The notes: a model not told the origin generated them from the letters alone. A DNA stretch of 64,000 nt from Candidatus Eiseniibacteriota bacterium (GCA_044229145.1 JBGATO010000002.1:50486-114485), one strand, 5' to 3'; shown: positions 19,863 through 30,216, counted from the first letter of the stretch. Numbers and translations: made by a program.

Positions 19863-21080
19863 ATGAAATTCGACGTCTTCTTCTCCATCAGTCAAACGCC
19901 GGTGCGGGGCGAACTGCCGAGTGAAGCGCAGATGTTCCGCAACTTCTTCCACGAGGTGGAAGCGGCGGATGCGCTCGGGTATGACACGGCGTGGATCGCC
20001 GAGTCGCATCTCAGTTCCGAGGTGCAGAAGCAGCACGCGAAGCCGGTCATTCCCCACTGGCAGGGCGAGGTCGGACTCAACTGCGATTTCCTGCAGCTCG
20101 CGTCGCACATCTTCCGCCGCACGCGCCGCATCGAGGCGGGCTCGGCGGTGATGAACATCCTCGTCAATGGCGGGCCGGTGGCGGCCGCGGAGCGGATTGC
20201 CGCGTTCGCGGCGCTACATGGCCTGGACGACGCCGAACGGCGCCGCATCCACGTCGGCTTCAGTCAGGGCCGCTTCGAGTTCATGAACCGCGCGTCGGGC
20301 ATCGTGCCGCGCAGCGCGCTCGAAGAGGCGGCGTGGCCGGCGTTGCGCCAAGCGATCTTCGCCGAGGCGAGCGAGATCTTCGTGCGGCTGTTGCGCGGCG
20401 ACACGCTCTGCGGCGACGACATCGCCGCGCCGGTGCTGACCCGCGCGCACTTCAAGACCGACGCCGAATGGGCGCGCGTGCAAGACGCGGCGAACGCGCC
20501 GGCCGCGACATCCATCGCGATGCCGCGCCGCTTCGTGTTCGACGTGTTGCAGATCGTGCCGCGCGCGTGGCGTCGCGAGTTGGTGCAGCTGGTCGTGGGG
20601 TCGCATGATCCCGCGCTCCAGGAAGCGGTCAACGCGTGGGCGCCGGTGCAAGTGTTCAACCTGTCGATTACGCAACCAGCGGTGATCGAGGAGACGCATC
20701 GCCGCATGACGGCGGCCTATCATCGCGACGGCGGGCCGTGGAAGCGCGAATACATGCCGCGCACGGTGATGGTGTTCCTCAACGAACAACCGGGACTGTC
20801 GCCCGAGCAGCGCCGGGCGCGCGCGCGCGAGGAAGCCGAAGCGGCGCTCGGCGCCTACTGGACCGCGCTCGAAGGCACGCTCGATCCGGCGAAGACGCAG
20901 AATGCCGCCGACAACTCACTGGTCGGCAACGCGGCCGATGTCGCGCAGCAAATTCGCGAACGCTTCCACCCGGACGACCGCCTGATGCTCTGGTTCGATT
21001 TCTTCAATCACGACGCCGCGCGCGTCGTCGCCGACATGGAGGCGTTCATGACGCAGGTCGCGCCGCAGGTGAACGCGTGA
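19863..21080 (+). CDS. LLM-class (luciferase-like) flavin-dependent oxidoreductase
   Basis: EVEAADALGYDTAWIAESH, RTRRIEAGSAV, AERIAAFAAL, LVGNAADVAQQI. Confidence 0.85.
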   Translation: MKFDVFFSISQTPVRGELPSEAQMFRNFFHEVEAADALGYDTAWIAESHLSSEVQKQHAKPVIPHWQGEVGLNCDFLQLASHIFRRTRRIEAGSAVMNILVNGGPVAAAERIAAFAALHGLDDAERRRIHVGFSQGRFEFMNRASGIVPRSALEEAAWPALRQAIFAEASEIFVRLLRGDTLCGDDIAAPVLTRAHFKTDAEWARVQDAANAPAATSIAMPRRFVFDVLQIVPRAWRRELVQLVVGSHDPALQEAVNAWAPVQVFNLSITQPAVIEETHRRMTAAYHRDGGPWKREYMPRTVMVFLNEQPGLSPEQRRARAREEAEAALGAYWTALEGTLDPAKTQNAADNSLVGNAADVAQQIRERFHPDDRLMLWFDFFNHDAARVVADMEAFMTQVAPQVNA

Positions 21081-22243
21081 GCGCGCCGCGCACGCCGGGC
21101 CTCGCGTTGCGCAGCGCCGTCTATCCGCGTTCGCCGCTCGGCGAACACGATGCGCGCATTCCCACCGGCCGCGATGTCGAGTGGGAGCCGCTCGTCGACT
21201 ACCGCCGCCACGGCGTCAGCGAGACCACGATCCACGGCGCCGTCGCGTGGGCGCACGGTGACGAGATGATCCACTCGTTCGGCGGCAACGTGTTGTGCTA
21301 CGGCCGCTCGATGATGAAGCCGCTCACGATGAAGGTGTTCACCGACGTGCTCGGGCCGGTGCTGTCACCGAAACAGCGCGCCATCAGCGTCGCCTCGCAC
21401 AACGGCACCGCGGAACACGTCGAAGCCGCGCAGTCGATTCTGCGCGAGGACGAGTGGGGCTTGATGCAGGCGCCGCTCGACGTGCCGCTGGTGCAGTTCG
21501 GCCGTCAAGTGCGCCGCCCGCGCCGCTGGTATCACACGTGCTCCGGCGAACACGCGGCGATTCTGCTCGGCTGCCGCCTGAAGGGCTGGAGCCGTGCCGG
21601 CTACACGCTGCCGCACCATCCGTTCTTTCAGGCGTATCTCGATGTCCTGCGGCGCTACCTCGGCCCCGACTGGTCGCCGCTGCGCGTGGCGCGCGATGGC
21701 TGCGGCCTGCCGACGGTGTCGAACACGGTGAGCGAGCTTGCGTTGCTGTTCGCCGGTGTTGCCGCGCGCCGCGACGAGGACTGGATCTGGGACGCGATGG
21801 TGTCGTTCCCGGACTTGGTCGGCGGCTTCAATCGACTCGACTCGACGATCCTCAAAGCCTGCGGCGGCCGCGTCATCGCGAAGGAAGGCGCCGACGGCTT
21901 GCTCGGTCTCGCGGTCGAACACGAAGACTTCCCGCGCGGCCTCGGCATCGTGATCAAGATCGCGCACGGCTGGGATCCGCGCGCCACCTGGTACGTCGCG
22001 CGCGCGGTGCTCGGGGTGCTCGGGTTCGAGTTGCGCAATCCGTACCCGCTGCATCGCCAGAAGGCGTTCCTGGTGCCGGGCGTCGTGCCGGAGTCGCTGC
22101 TCGCGCGGCTCGAGCAGATTCCGACCTGGGATGAATGGGATCCCGACCGCGACCGCTGGTATTACGAGTGGGAGCAGTACGACGACGGCTTCGCGTTGTG
22201 GAGTGGCGAAGGCGCATCCGGCGGCGACGGGAGGACGCCATGA
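21077..22243 (+). CDS. Class 3 (Rhizobium-type, asparaginase II family) amidohydrolase-like protein
   Basis: GRSMMKP, ASHNG, HTCSGEHA (canonical NCSGKH), DGCGLP, IAKEGADG; GTG start overlaps the LLM stop. Confidence 0.85.
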   Translation: MSAPRTPGLALRSAVYPRSPLGEHDARIPTGRDVEWEPLVDYRRHGVSETTIHGAVAWAHGDEMIHSFGGNVLCYGRSMMKPLTMKVFTDVLGPVLSPKQRAISVASHNGTAEHVEAAQSILREDEWGLMQAPLDVPLVQFGRQVRRPRRWYHTCSGEHAAILLGCRLKGWSRAGYTLPHHPFFQAYLDVLRRYLGPDWSPLRVARDGCGLPTVSNTVSELALLFAGVAARRDEDWIWDAMVSFPDLVGGFNRLDSTILKACGGRVIAKEGADGLLGLAVEHEDFPRGLGIVIKIAHGWDPRATWYVARAVLGVLGFELRNPYPLHRQKAFLVPGVVPESLLARLEQIPTWDEWDPDRDRWYYEWEQYDDGFALWSGEGASGGDGRTP

Positions 22244-23685
22244 CCGCGACGACGCTGACGCATCACATCGGCGGCACGCGTCGCGCACCGGCCTCCGGTG
22301 CCTACATCGACGACATCGGCCCGGCCACCGGCGAAGTCATCGCGCGCGTGCCACGCGGCGATGAGGTCGATGTCGACGCCGCGGTGGGCGCCGCACACGA
22401 CGCGCTGCGCGGCGCGTGGGGCCGCGCGACGCGCCACGAGCGCGCCGACCTCTGCGACGCCATCGCCGACGCGATCGAAGCGCGGCTCGACGAACTCGCC
22501 GAACTCGAGTCGCGCGACACCGGCAAGCCGGTCGCACTGGCGCGCAGCCTCGACGTGCCGCGCGCGGTCGCCAACTTCCGCTTCTTCGCGGGCGCGGTGC
22601 GGCACGATGCCACCGGCGCGCACGAGATGGACGGCGCGCTCAACTACACGTTGCGTCGCCCGCTCGGCGTGGTCGGCTTGATCACGCCGTGGAATCTGCC
22701 GCTCTACTTGTTGTCGTGGAAGGTGGCGCCGGCGCTGGCATGCGGCAACGCCGTGGTGGCGAAGCCGAGCGAGCTGACGCCGCTGACCGCGAGCGCGCTC
22801 GCCGACATCGTGCAGGAGGTCGGCGCGCCGGCCGGTGCGTTCAACTTGGTGCACGGCCTCGGTGGCGAAGCGGGCCAGGCGCTGGTCGAGCACCCGCGCG
22901 TCGCGGCGATCAGCTTCACCGGCGGCACCGCGACCGGCGCACACGTCGCGCGCACCGCGGCGCCGCAGTTCAAGAAGCTCTCGCTCGAACTCGGCGGCAA
23001 GAACCCGACGATCGTGTTCGCCGATTGCGATTTCGACGCGACCGTCGAAGGCACTGTCCGTGCGGGATTCCTCAATCAAGGCCAAGTGTGTCTGTGTGGC
23101 TCGCGCATCCTGGTCGAACGACCACTCTACGACCGATACGTCGAAGCGTTGATCGCGCGCGTCGGCGCAATGCGCATCGGCGATCCCTCGGATCCCGCCA
23201 CCGAACTCGGCGCGCTGGTGAGCGCGGCGCACCGCGAGAAGGTGGAATCGTACATCGCGCTCGCGAAGGCGGAAGGCGGCACCGTGCATGGCGGCGAGCG
23301 TCCGTCGTTGCCCGCGCCGTTCGACCGCGGCGCGTTCGTGCGCCCGGCCGTCGTCACCGGACTTGCACCCGAGTGCCGCACCGCGCAGGAGGAGATCTTC
23401 GGCCCGGTGGTCACCGTGCATCCGTTCGACACCGAGGACGAAGCGATCGCGATCGCCAACGGCGTGCGCTACGGTCTCGCCGCCAACGTGTGGACGAACG
23501 ATCTCCGCCGTGCGCATCGCGTCAGTGCGGCACTCGAGACCGGCATGGTGTGGGTCAACACGTGGCTGTTGCGCGATCTGCGCGTGCCGTTCGGCGGCGT
23601 GAAGGACAGCGGCGTCGGCCGCGAAGGCGGCGTGCACTCGCTCGAGTTCTTCACCGAGTCGCGCAACGTCTGCATCAAGTTGTAA
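22240..23685 (+). CDS. Aldehyde dehydrogenase, 2-aminomuconate/2-hydroxymuconate semialdehyde dehydrogenase type
   Basis: PWNLPLYLLSWK, LELGGKN, NQGQVCLCGS, EEIFGP, VWVNTWLLRDLRVPFGG (HMSDH/ALDH8 subfamily signature). Confidence 0.9.
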   Translation: MTATTLTHHIGGTRRAPASGAYIDDIGPATGEVIARVPRGDEVDVDAAVGAAHDALRGAWGRATRHERADLCDAIADAIEARLDELAELESRDTGKPVALARSLDVPRAVANFRFFAGAVRHDATGAHEMDGALNYTLRRPLGVVGLITPWNLPLYLLSWKVAPALACGNAVVAKPSELTPLTASALADIVQEVGAPAGAFNLVHGLGGEAGQALVEHPRVAAISFTGGTATGAHVARTAAPQFKKLSLELGGKNPTIVFADCDFDATVEGTVRAGFLNQGQVCLCGSRILVERPLYDRYVEALIARVGAMRIGDPSDPATELGALVSAAHREKVESYIALAKAEGGTVHGGERPSLPAPFDRGAFVRPAVVTGLAPECRTAQEEIFGPVVTVHPFDTEDEAIAIANGVRYGLAANVWTNDLRRAHRVSAALETGMVWVNTWLLRDLRVPFGGVKDSGVGREGGVHSLEFFTESRNVCIKL

Positions 23686-23688
23686 CCG

Positions 23689-25245
23689 CTAGCGTGCGAC
23701 GCGGACGAGGCGCGTCGTGGCGCTGACCGCACTGTCGGTGCCGAGTCGCGCGAAGTAGATCCCCGCCGCCAGGCGGGTGTCGGTCCAGCGAACGATCCAG
23801 GGCGTCGCGGCATCGCGATGCTGCCACCGGCGGACGAGCCGGCCCCGCGCGTCGAGGATCGACAGCACGGCGTCGCGTGCCGGCGAGGCGATGCGGAATT
23901 CCCAGCCGTTCGCGAGCTGCCGGGTCTGCACCACGGGCGGCGCTTCGGTGGGCGCGGAGACATCGGCGGGACCCGCGTAGCGAATGCGCCGCAGTTCTCC
24001 GCTCGGATTGAGGAAGTCGGTGAACAAGAGCAGGTAGTAGATCGCGCCATCGGGCCCAACGTCCACCGACGATAGCAGCCACGGCAAGTTGGTCACCTTC
24101 GCCCAGTTCACCGAATCGGGCTGCCCAGGCTCGCGCGCCACGGTGCCCCACGTGCCGTCGCCGCGATCGCCCAGCATCCGCATCCACCGTTGGAATCCGT
24201 CGGCGCACACGTAACGGCCTTCGTACGACGCCGGCATCGGGAAGCGCTGGCCGCTGCGTCCGCGGATCACGCCGCCACCGAGCACGGCGGAGCCAGTCGG
24301 CGGATTGTGTGCGTAGACGTAGACGGGAAAGGTGAAGCCCATCGCGGTGTCCGGCTGCACGCACGATTGGCCGTACTGCGTGCGCTGGAAGCCTTCGAAG
24401 TACTCCCATCCGAGATTCAGCCCGCCGCCGGTCACGCGGTCGATCTCCTCCCACGATTGATCGCCGACGTCGGCGATGAACAGTGCGCCGGTGGCATCGT
24501 CCACGTCGAGGCTGAACGGATTGCGCACGCCGAGCAGCCACACCAGACGCGTCCACTCGTTCGCACTTGCGACGAACGGATTCGTCGCCGGTGTGATCAC
24601 CGACTTCGCCGGCGGGCCGCCCGGCCCATCGGGCAAACCGCTGACATCGAGACGCAGGATCTTGCCGCGCGGATCCGCCAGTGAGGGCGACGTGCACTCC
24701 AATGCGTCATTGCCCGAGCAGACGTAGAGCATGCCGTCGGTGCCGAAGCGCAGACCGCCGCCGTTGTGGACCGCGTACATGTCCGGCATGTCGGCGAGCA
24801 CGAGGTAACGCGATGCCGGATCGGCCGTCATCACGCCGTTCCCGCTGAAGGCGACATCGCCCTGTAGCGTATAGCGCGCCAGGCGCATCGTCTGCGCGCC
24901 GGAGAACGTGTAGTAGACGTAGAGATACGGCGCGGCGGGGAAGCGCGGGTCGACGGCGACGCCGAGGAGTCCCTGCTCCCAATCGCCGTAGCGCACGCTG
25001 TCGAGTGTCGCCACTGGCGCGGCGACGAGCGTGTCGCGCACGATCTCTCGCACCTTTCCGCTCGCCGTCTCGGTGATCAGCAGGCGGCCGTCGGGCAGGA
25101 ATGCCATGCCCGCAGGGCGGTTCATGCCGCCCCGGGCGAGTGTCTCGTCGAGGAAGCCGGTGGGCAGCAGCACGGTCTGCGCGCGCGCGGACACCGCAGT
25201 GCAGACGAGGACGCAGACGAGGACGACGAGACGTGGGACGCGCAT
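23689..25245 (-). CDS. Secreted PQQ-dependent sugar dehydrogenase (GSDH beta-propeller) with C-terminal sorting-like domain
   Basis: Signal peptide; EQGLLGVAVDP, HNGGGLRFG, GVRNPF, DVG...EEID; C-terminus ILDARGRLVR...AGIYFARL. Confidence 0.88.
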   Translation of the reverse strand: MRVPRLVVLVCVLVCTAVSARAQTVLLPTGFLDETLARGGMNRPAGMAFLPDGRLLITETASGKVREIVRDTLVAAPVATLDSVRYGDWEQGLLGVAVDPRFPAAPYLYVYYTFSGAQTMRLARYTLQGDVAFSGNGVMTADPASRYLVLADMPDMYAVHNGGGLRFGTDGMLYVCSGNDALECTSPSLADPRGKILRLDVSGLPDGPGGPPAKSVITPATNPFVASANEWTRLVWLLGVRNPFSLDVDDATGALFIADVGDQSWEEIDRVTGGGLNLGWEYFEGFQRTQYGQSCVQPDTAMGFTFPVYVYAHNPPTGSAVLGGGVIRGRSGQRFPMPASYEGRYVCADGFQRWMRMLGDRGDGTWGTVAREPGQPDSVNWAKVTNLPWLLSSVDVGPDGAIYYLLLFTDFLNPSGELRRIRYAGPADVSAPTEAPPVVQTRQLANGWEFRIASPARDAVLSILDARGRLVRRWQHRDAATPWIVRWTDTRLAAGIYFARLGTDSAVSATTRLVRVAR

Positions 25246-25340
25246 CGGGAACCCCGGGCAGTGAGGAGGCGGCAGGCGGCGGGAGAGTCCAAGCGTAGAC
25301 GACCGCGCCGCGCCGGGGAAGCGGGGAGTGCGTCCGGCGC

Positions 25341-27059
25341 CTAGCGCTCCGGTCGCGCGCCGGACGCTGCGATCGACTCTTCGCCGCGTGCCACCGCCTC
25401 GGCGAGCGTCCCGACGACGTTGTCGAGTCCGATGTCGACGAGCAGCCCCGCCTTCTCCAACGCGAACATGGGTTGCGCGTGGACGCCGGCGAGCACCAGC
25501 AGGGTGCGGTCGCGCCGGCACTGGCGCAACAGTTCGACGATCGCGTGCAGGCCCGAGGCGTCGATCGCCAACACGTCGCGCACCAGAAGGATCAGCACCT
25601 TCGGCTTCTTCTCGATGGCGCGCAGCGCATCGTTGAACTGGCTGACCGCCCCGAAGAACAGCGCACCATGCACCTCGAACACTTCGACGCCGCGCGGGAT
25701 GCGCATGCCGGCGCGGCCGTCGCCCGCGCCCTCGTGCAGCAGACCGGTGACGACACTCGACTGCGAGAGCGTCGCCATCCGCATCATGAACAGCAGCGCG
25801 GCGAGGACCATGCCGACGCCGAGCGCGGTGGTGAGGTCGACGACGATCGTCAGGGTGAACGTGGCGAGCAGCACACCGACGTCGCTGCGCGGGCCGCGGA
25901 ACATGCGCAGGAAACTCCGCCACTCGCTCATGTTGTACGCGACGACGAGCAGGATGCCGCTGAGCGCGGCGATCGGCACGTGGCCGGCGAGCGGTCCGGC
26001 GGCGAGCAGGATGACCAGCAGCACGACCGCGTGGACCATCCCCGCGATCGGCGATGTCGCGCCGTTCTTGATATTCGTCGCGGTGCGCGCGATGGCGCCG
26101 GTCGCCGGAATGCCGCCGAAAACCGGCGACGCGATATTGGCGATGCCTTGCGCGACGAGCTCCGCGTTGGAGCGGTGACGTCCGCCGGTCATGCCATCCG
26201 CGACGACCGCCGACAACAGCGATTCGATGGCCGCGAGCAGCGCGATGGTGAAGGCGACCGGTGCGAGCTGGCGCAGCATCGTCCACGGCACGTGTGGCAA
26301 GCTCGGCGTCGGGAGCGTCGATGGGACGCCGCCGAAGCGCTGCGCGATGGTCTCGGCCGGCACGTGGAAGAGCGCGGTGACGAGCGTGGCGGCGACCACG
26401 GCGACGAGCGGACCCGGGACCCGCCGCGACACGCGCGGCCACAGCACCGTGATGAGGAGCGCGCCGGCCGCGACGGCGCACGACGCCGGCGTCCACGAGC
26501 CGAGGGCCCGCGCGTCCGCCGCGAGCTGCCCGAGCACGTCGGCGCCTGCGGCCGCCGGATGCACCCCGAGGAAATCCTTCACCTGCCCGCCGGCGATGAT
26601 GACGGCGATTCCCGCCGTGAAGCCGACGGTCAGCGGGTAGGGCACGAACTTGATGACATCGCCCATCCGCGCGATCCCCATGACCACGAGGATGACGCCG
26701 GCCATGAGCGTCGCGACCGCGAGTCCCGCGTACCCGAACTGGTGCACCGTCGCGGCCACCGTGACGATGAAGGCACCGGTCGGTCCGCCGATTTGCACCG
26801 TGCTCCCGCCGAGCGCGGAGATCAGGAAGCCGGCGACGATCGCCGTGAACAAGCCCTGCTCGGGCTTGACCCCCGAGGCGATGGCGAAGGCGATGGCGAG
26901 CGGCAATGCCACGACACCGACCGTGAGACCCGCCTGGATGTCGCGCACCGCGCGGCCGGCCGAATAGCCGCGCAGCGTGGTGGCGAGCATCGGGCGCTCG
27001 ACGTCCCACCAATGGCGGGAGTCTGCTGTGCGCGAAGCGCGGACCGAGGGACCGGACAT
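25341..27059 (-). CDS. SulP family inorganic anion transporter with STAS domain
   Basis: AGLTVGVVALPLAIAFAIASG, QIGGPTGAF, ESLLSAVVADGM, PATGAIART; C-terminal STAS IDASGL. Confidence 0.95.
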   Translation of the reverse strand: MSGPSVRASRTADSRHWWDVERPMLATTLRGYSAGRAVRDIQAGLTVGVVALPLAIAFAIASGVKPEQGLFTAIVAGFLISALGGSTVQIGGPTGAFIVTVAATVHQFGYAGLAVATLMAGVILVVMGIARMGDVIKFVPYPLTVGFTAGIAVIIAGGQVKDFLGVHPAAAGADVLGQLAADARALGSWTPASCAVAAGALLITVLWPRVSRRVPGPLVAVVAATLVTALFHVPAETIAQRFGGVPSTLPTPSLPHVPWTMLRQLAPVAFTIALLAAIESLLSAVVADGMTGGRHRSNAELVAQGIANIASPVFGGIPATGAIARTATNIKNGATSPIAGMVHAVVLLVILLAAGPLAGHVPIAALSGILLVVAYNMSEWRSFLRMFRGPRSDVGVLLATFTLTIVVDLTTALGVGMVLAALLFMMRMATLSQSSVVTGLLHEGAGDGRAGMRIPRGVEVFEVHGALFFGAVSQFNDALRAIEKKPKVLILLVRDVLAIDASGLHAIVELLRQCRRDRTLLVLAGVHAQPMFALEKAGLLVDIGLDNVVGTLAEAVARGEESIAASGARPER

Positions 27060-27368
27060 GTCGCCTCCACTCCTACACCTGGAGAGCGGCGACCGCAAGC
27101 ACGGGGAGGTGCGCCATTCATCCGTCTGCGCGATACGCGTCACGGTCGCACGGTGCGGCCCACTCGCATCAATGCTCGCTTGTGCATGGCGCTGCCGTTT
27201 GCCGTGCGGTGCCGTGGCCGGCAACGATGCACGGGTAGCGAGTGGTTGCATCCTCCCTGGCTTCTCCGCACAATTGTCCTCGTCGCCGCCAACGACTGCC
27301 CGCCTGGTGCGACAGAGTTCGCGTCCCTGCTCCCCCAGCCCCTCTCTCATTCCGGAGGATGCGATTCC

Positions 27369-30167
27369 ATGCGCTCGACGTCCTGCGCACCGCGTCTCGT
27401 GACGTGGTGCCTCCCTCTGCTTGCCCTCGTCCCCCTCGCCTCCGCGAGCGGGGCTACACGCACCGGTTCCGTCCCTCGTGCCGCAATCTCGCGCGATCCC
27501 GACAATCGCCTGGCGGCCAGCCGCGTGTGGCGCGGTTTTCCAGGCGCCACGGTGGCCGCCGGCGACATCGCCGCGTCTGCCACCGACGGGTCGATGTCGA
27601 CCGCCGTCACGATGCCGGCCGGCGAAGCGCTCGAATTCCAGTTCATCGGCGCCCCCCGCTGGCTCAGCGAGATCACGGTGCAGACGGATGCGCCCCTGTG
27701 GCGGGTGGACGTGCGCGGACTCGACGGCCAGTGGACGACGTTCGGCGCTGGCTCCTCGCACGGTGTCGAGCAGCCGGTGACGTTGACGGGCGAGGCGGTG
27801 CAGGCAGTCGGAGTGCGCTTCGTGCCCGCCGCCGCAGCACCGTCGGCTCCGGCCGTGCGGCTGGCGGAGATCGCCGCGCACTTCCGGTATCACGATCCCG
27901 ATGACGCCGGCCGTGCCGCAGCGGGTAACACCTATCACTCAGATTGGGTGAATCACTATTCCGGCGACACCAACGACCTGAGCAAATGCGACGACGACTC
28001 GCGTGATCTGCGCGACGCCCTGCAGAACCACAGTTGGACGACGTGGGAACACACCGAGACGAACGCGCACGAAGCGCACTTCAAGTCGACCATCATCGGG
28101 ACAGGCGACAACAACGATCACGCGGACAACGCGGATCTTGCGTACTTCTCCGGCCATGGCTCGAGCGGCACCGTCGATCCGGTGTATACCGGGACCGCGT
28201 TGGGCTCGATGCTGTTCGACGACGAAACACACGATGACGCCACGCTGGTGCCGAGCGACATGGACGATTCGTGGGGCAACGGCGAGATGGAGTGGCTGAT
28301 CTCCACGTCCTGCCGCACCCTGCGCGGCGAAGGGCGCCCGTACTGGAAGTGGGGCATGGAAGGCGTGCATCTGCTCTGCGGCTCGGAATCGTCGATCGCC
28401 GACCAGTCGTATGGAGACGTTCTCGGCGACGAGTTGATCGACAACGGCATCTTCGACAGCCCGATCACCGTGAAGCAGGCGTGGTTCGACGCGATGGAGG
28501 AGTGGAACGGCGGGCACGACGTGGCGGTCGTGCAGGGCGAAACATCGGTGATGGGCACCGATTTCATCTGGGGCGAAGGGTCCGTTTCCGCAGATCCTGT
28601 CGTCGACAACACCTCATTCGTCTGGCTCTACGATGTGGGAGCCACTGCGCCGTCGCGCGGCCAGCTCCCGGCGGTGCCGCGCCTGCACGATCCCGTGCGA
28701 ATCCGCGCGGCCGGCCGTGCCGCCTGGACGGTGCGTCTCGAACGTGCCGAACTCGAGCGCCCAGCGGCGGCGCAGATGCCGGTGTGGAACGTGGTGCCGC
28801 GCATGGTCGATTCGGTGTACGTGCGCAACCTGTCCAACCAGGTGTGCGGCGTGTACGGCCAGCTGTGCGCCACCGACATCGGGATCGGCGCGCCGAATGA
28901 ATACACCAGTGTCCAGGGGCCCTACCAACTGCGCGTGCGCACCGAGACCGGCGGCCTCTCGCTGACCGACGTGTCGAATTGGATGTCGGTGCGGGCGATT
29001 CCGCCGCAGCTGCTCACCGGACAGGCGGCGCTCACTCAGGCGGATCAAATCCTCACGCAGTTGAATTTCAGGCCGGCGGATGCGACCGCCACAGGGGTGT
29101 CCTACCTCTGGCAGCGCGGCGAGAGCGCCACCGGACCCGGCTCGCTGGCGGCCGGGGACACCAGCTTTGCGATCGCCACGAAGGTGACGTTTACGCGGCG
29201 GGTCGGCAGCGGCGAAGGCTATCCGGTCTTCGGCCCGGGCGCCTCGATCTCCGTCACCATGGGGCACAATGGGGCGCTTCAGCGGATCTTCGGCCGCGGG
29301 TGGCGGCAACTGTCGCAGGGTGCCCAGGCGACGATTCTCCCGCTCAGCACACTGCTGCCGTCGCTCTCGGCGCTCGGCAACGGCGCCTTGCTCGACCCGG
29401 TGCGGCAGCCGATCGACAGCCTGGTGATCACCAATTGGGAGCTCGGCTACTTCGAACCGGGATGCCGGGAAGCGGTGAACTCGTTGCGCCCCACGTACCG
29501 GCTGCACTGCATCTGCTACGAAGGCACGACCACGTTCGCCGCGGACTTCTCGATGTACGCGGACGCGCTGCCGCTCAACGCGACCATTCTCACGCCCGTG
29601 GAGGACTTCACGATTCCGCCGGGCGGCAGTGTCTGCTTCAACGGATCGGCCAACGGCGGCACTTCGCCGTACAGCGCGGAGTGGGTGCACGACGACGGCG
29701 AGATCTTCAGTGGCTGGATGTGGTGCCGCACGCTCGGCATGCCGGCCGACCCGCACTCGAACCAGGACAGCGTCCGCACCATGACGCTCCGGGTCACCGA
29801 CAGCCGCGGCGCGGTCGCGGAGGCGAAAGTCCACGTCCGTCTGGCGACGGTGACTGCGGCGGATCTCGGCACGGGCGCCCAGGCCGGCGACGGCTTCCAA
29901 TCCGTGCCGTCCGTGCTGCGGGATGGCGCCACGCTCGGCTTCCGGGTGCCGGACGGCGGCGGACGCGGGCCGGTTTCGCTGCGTCTCGTCGACCCTTCGG
30001 GGCGCATCGTGCGGACTCTCTTCGAGGGACACCCGGGCGACGGCGCGACGACTGTCCGCTGGAGCCGGTCGGACGCGACGGGAGGGAAGCTCGCGGCGGG
30101 CGTGTACTGGCTCATTCTCGACGCGCCCGCGCTCCACCAATCGCGGCGCATCATCGTCGTCGACTAA
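27369..30167 (+). CDS. Large secreted protein with DUF6345-like (caspase-like fold) domain and C-terminal sorting-like domain
   Basis: Signal peptide; ADNADLAYFSGHG...WGNGEMEWLISTSCRTL...GVHLLCG; PKD-like segment; C-terminus VDPSGRIVRTL...AAGVYWLIL. Confidence 0.75.
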   Translation: MRSTSCAPRLVTWCLPLLALVPLASASGATRTGSVPRAAISRDPDNRLAASRVWRGFPGATVAAGDIAASATDGSMSTAVTMPAGEALEFQFIGAPRWLSEITVQTDAPLWRVDVRGLDGQWTTFGAGSSHGVEQPVTLTGEAVQAVGVRFVPAAAAPSAPAVRLAEIAAHFRYHDPDDAGRAAAGNTYHSDWVNHYSGDTNDLSKCDDDSRDLRDALQNHSWTTWEHTETNAHEAHFKSTIIGTGDNNDHADNADLAYFSGHGSSGTVDPVYTGTALGSMLFDDETHDDATLVPSDMDDSWGNGEMEWLISTSCRTLRGEGRPYWKWGMEGVHLLCGSESSIADQSYGDVLGDELIDNGIFDSPITVKQAWFDAMEEWNGGHDVAVVQGETSVMGTDFIWGEGSVSADPVVDNTSFVWLYDVGATAPSRGQLPAVPRLHDPVRIRAAGRAAWTVRLERAELERPAAAQMPVWNVVPRMVDSVYVRNLSNQVCGVYGQLCATDIGIGAPNEYTSVQGPYQLRVRTETGGLSLTDVSNWMSVRAIPPQLLTGQAALTQADQILTQLNFRPADATATGVSYLWQRGESATGPGSLAAGDTSFAIATKVTFTRRVGSGEGYPVFGPGASISVTMGHNGALQRIFGRGWRQLSQGAQATILPLSTLLPSLSALGNGALLDPVRQPIDSLVITNWELGYFEPGCREAVNSLRPTYRLHCICYEGTTTFAADFSMYADALPLNATILTPVEDFTIPPGGSVCFNGSANGGTSPYSAEWVHDDGEIFSGWMWCRTLGMPADPHSNQDSVRTMTLRVTDSRGAVAEAKVHVRLATVTAADLGTGAQAGDGFQSVPSVLRDGATLGFRVPDGGGRGPVSLRLVDPSGRIVRTLFEGHPGDGATTVRWSRSDATGGKLAAGVYWLILDAPALHQSRRIIVVD

Positions 30168-30187
30168 GCGGGACGAGATTTACGGCG

Positions 30188-30216
30188 GCCCCGCCAGGCT
30201 CGGCGCCTGGCGGGGC
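30188..30216 (+). terminator. 12-bp GC hairpin downstream of the secreted-protein gene
   Basis: GCCCCGCCAGGC ... GCCTGGCGGGGC; weak U-tract. Confidence 0.5.

Noticed and set aside
23689..30167. Apparent giant ORFs 23689-27012 (1107 aa) and 25473-30167 (1564 aa)
   Set aside because: Their N-terminal parts are shadow frames of the SulP gene; real starts with signal peptides are at 25245 and 27369
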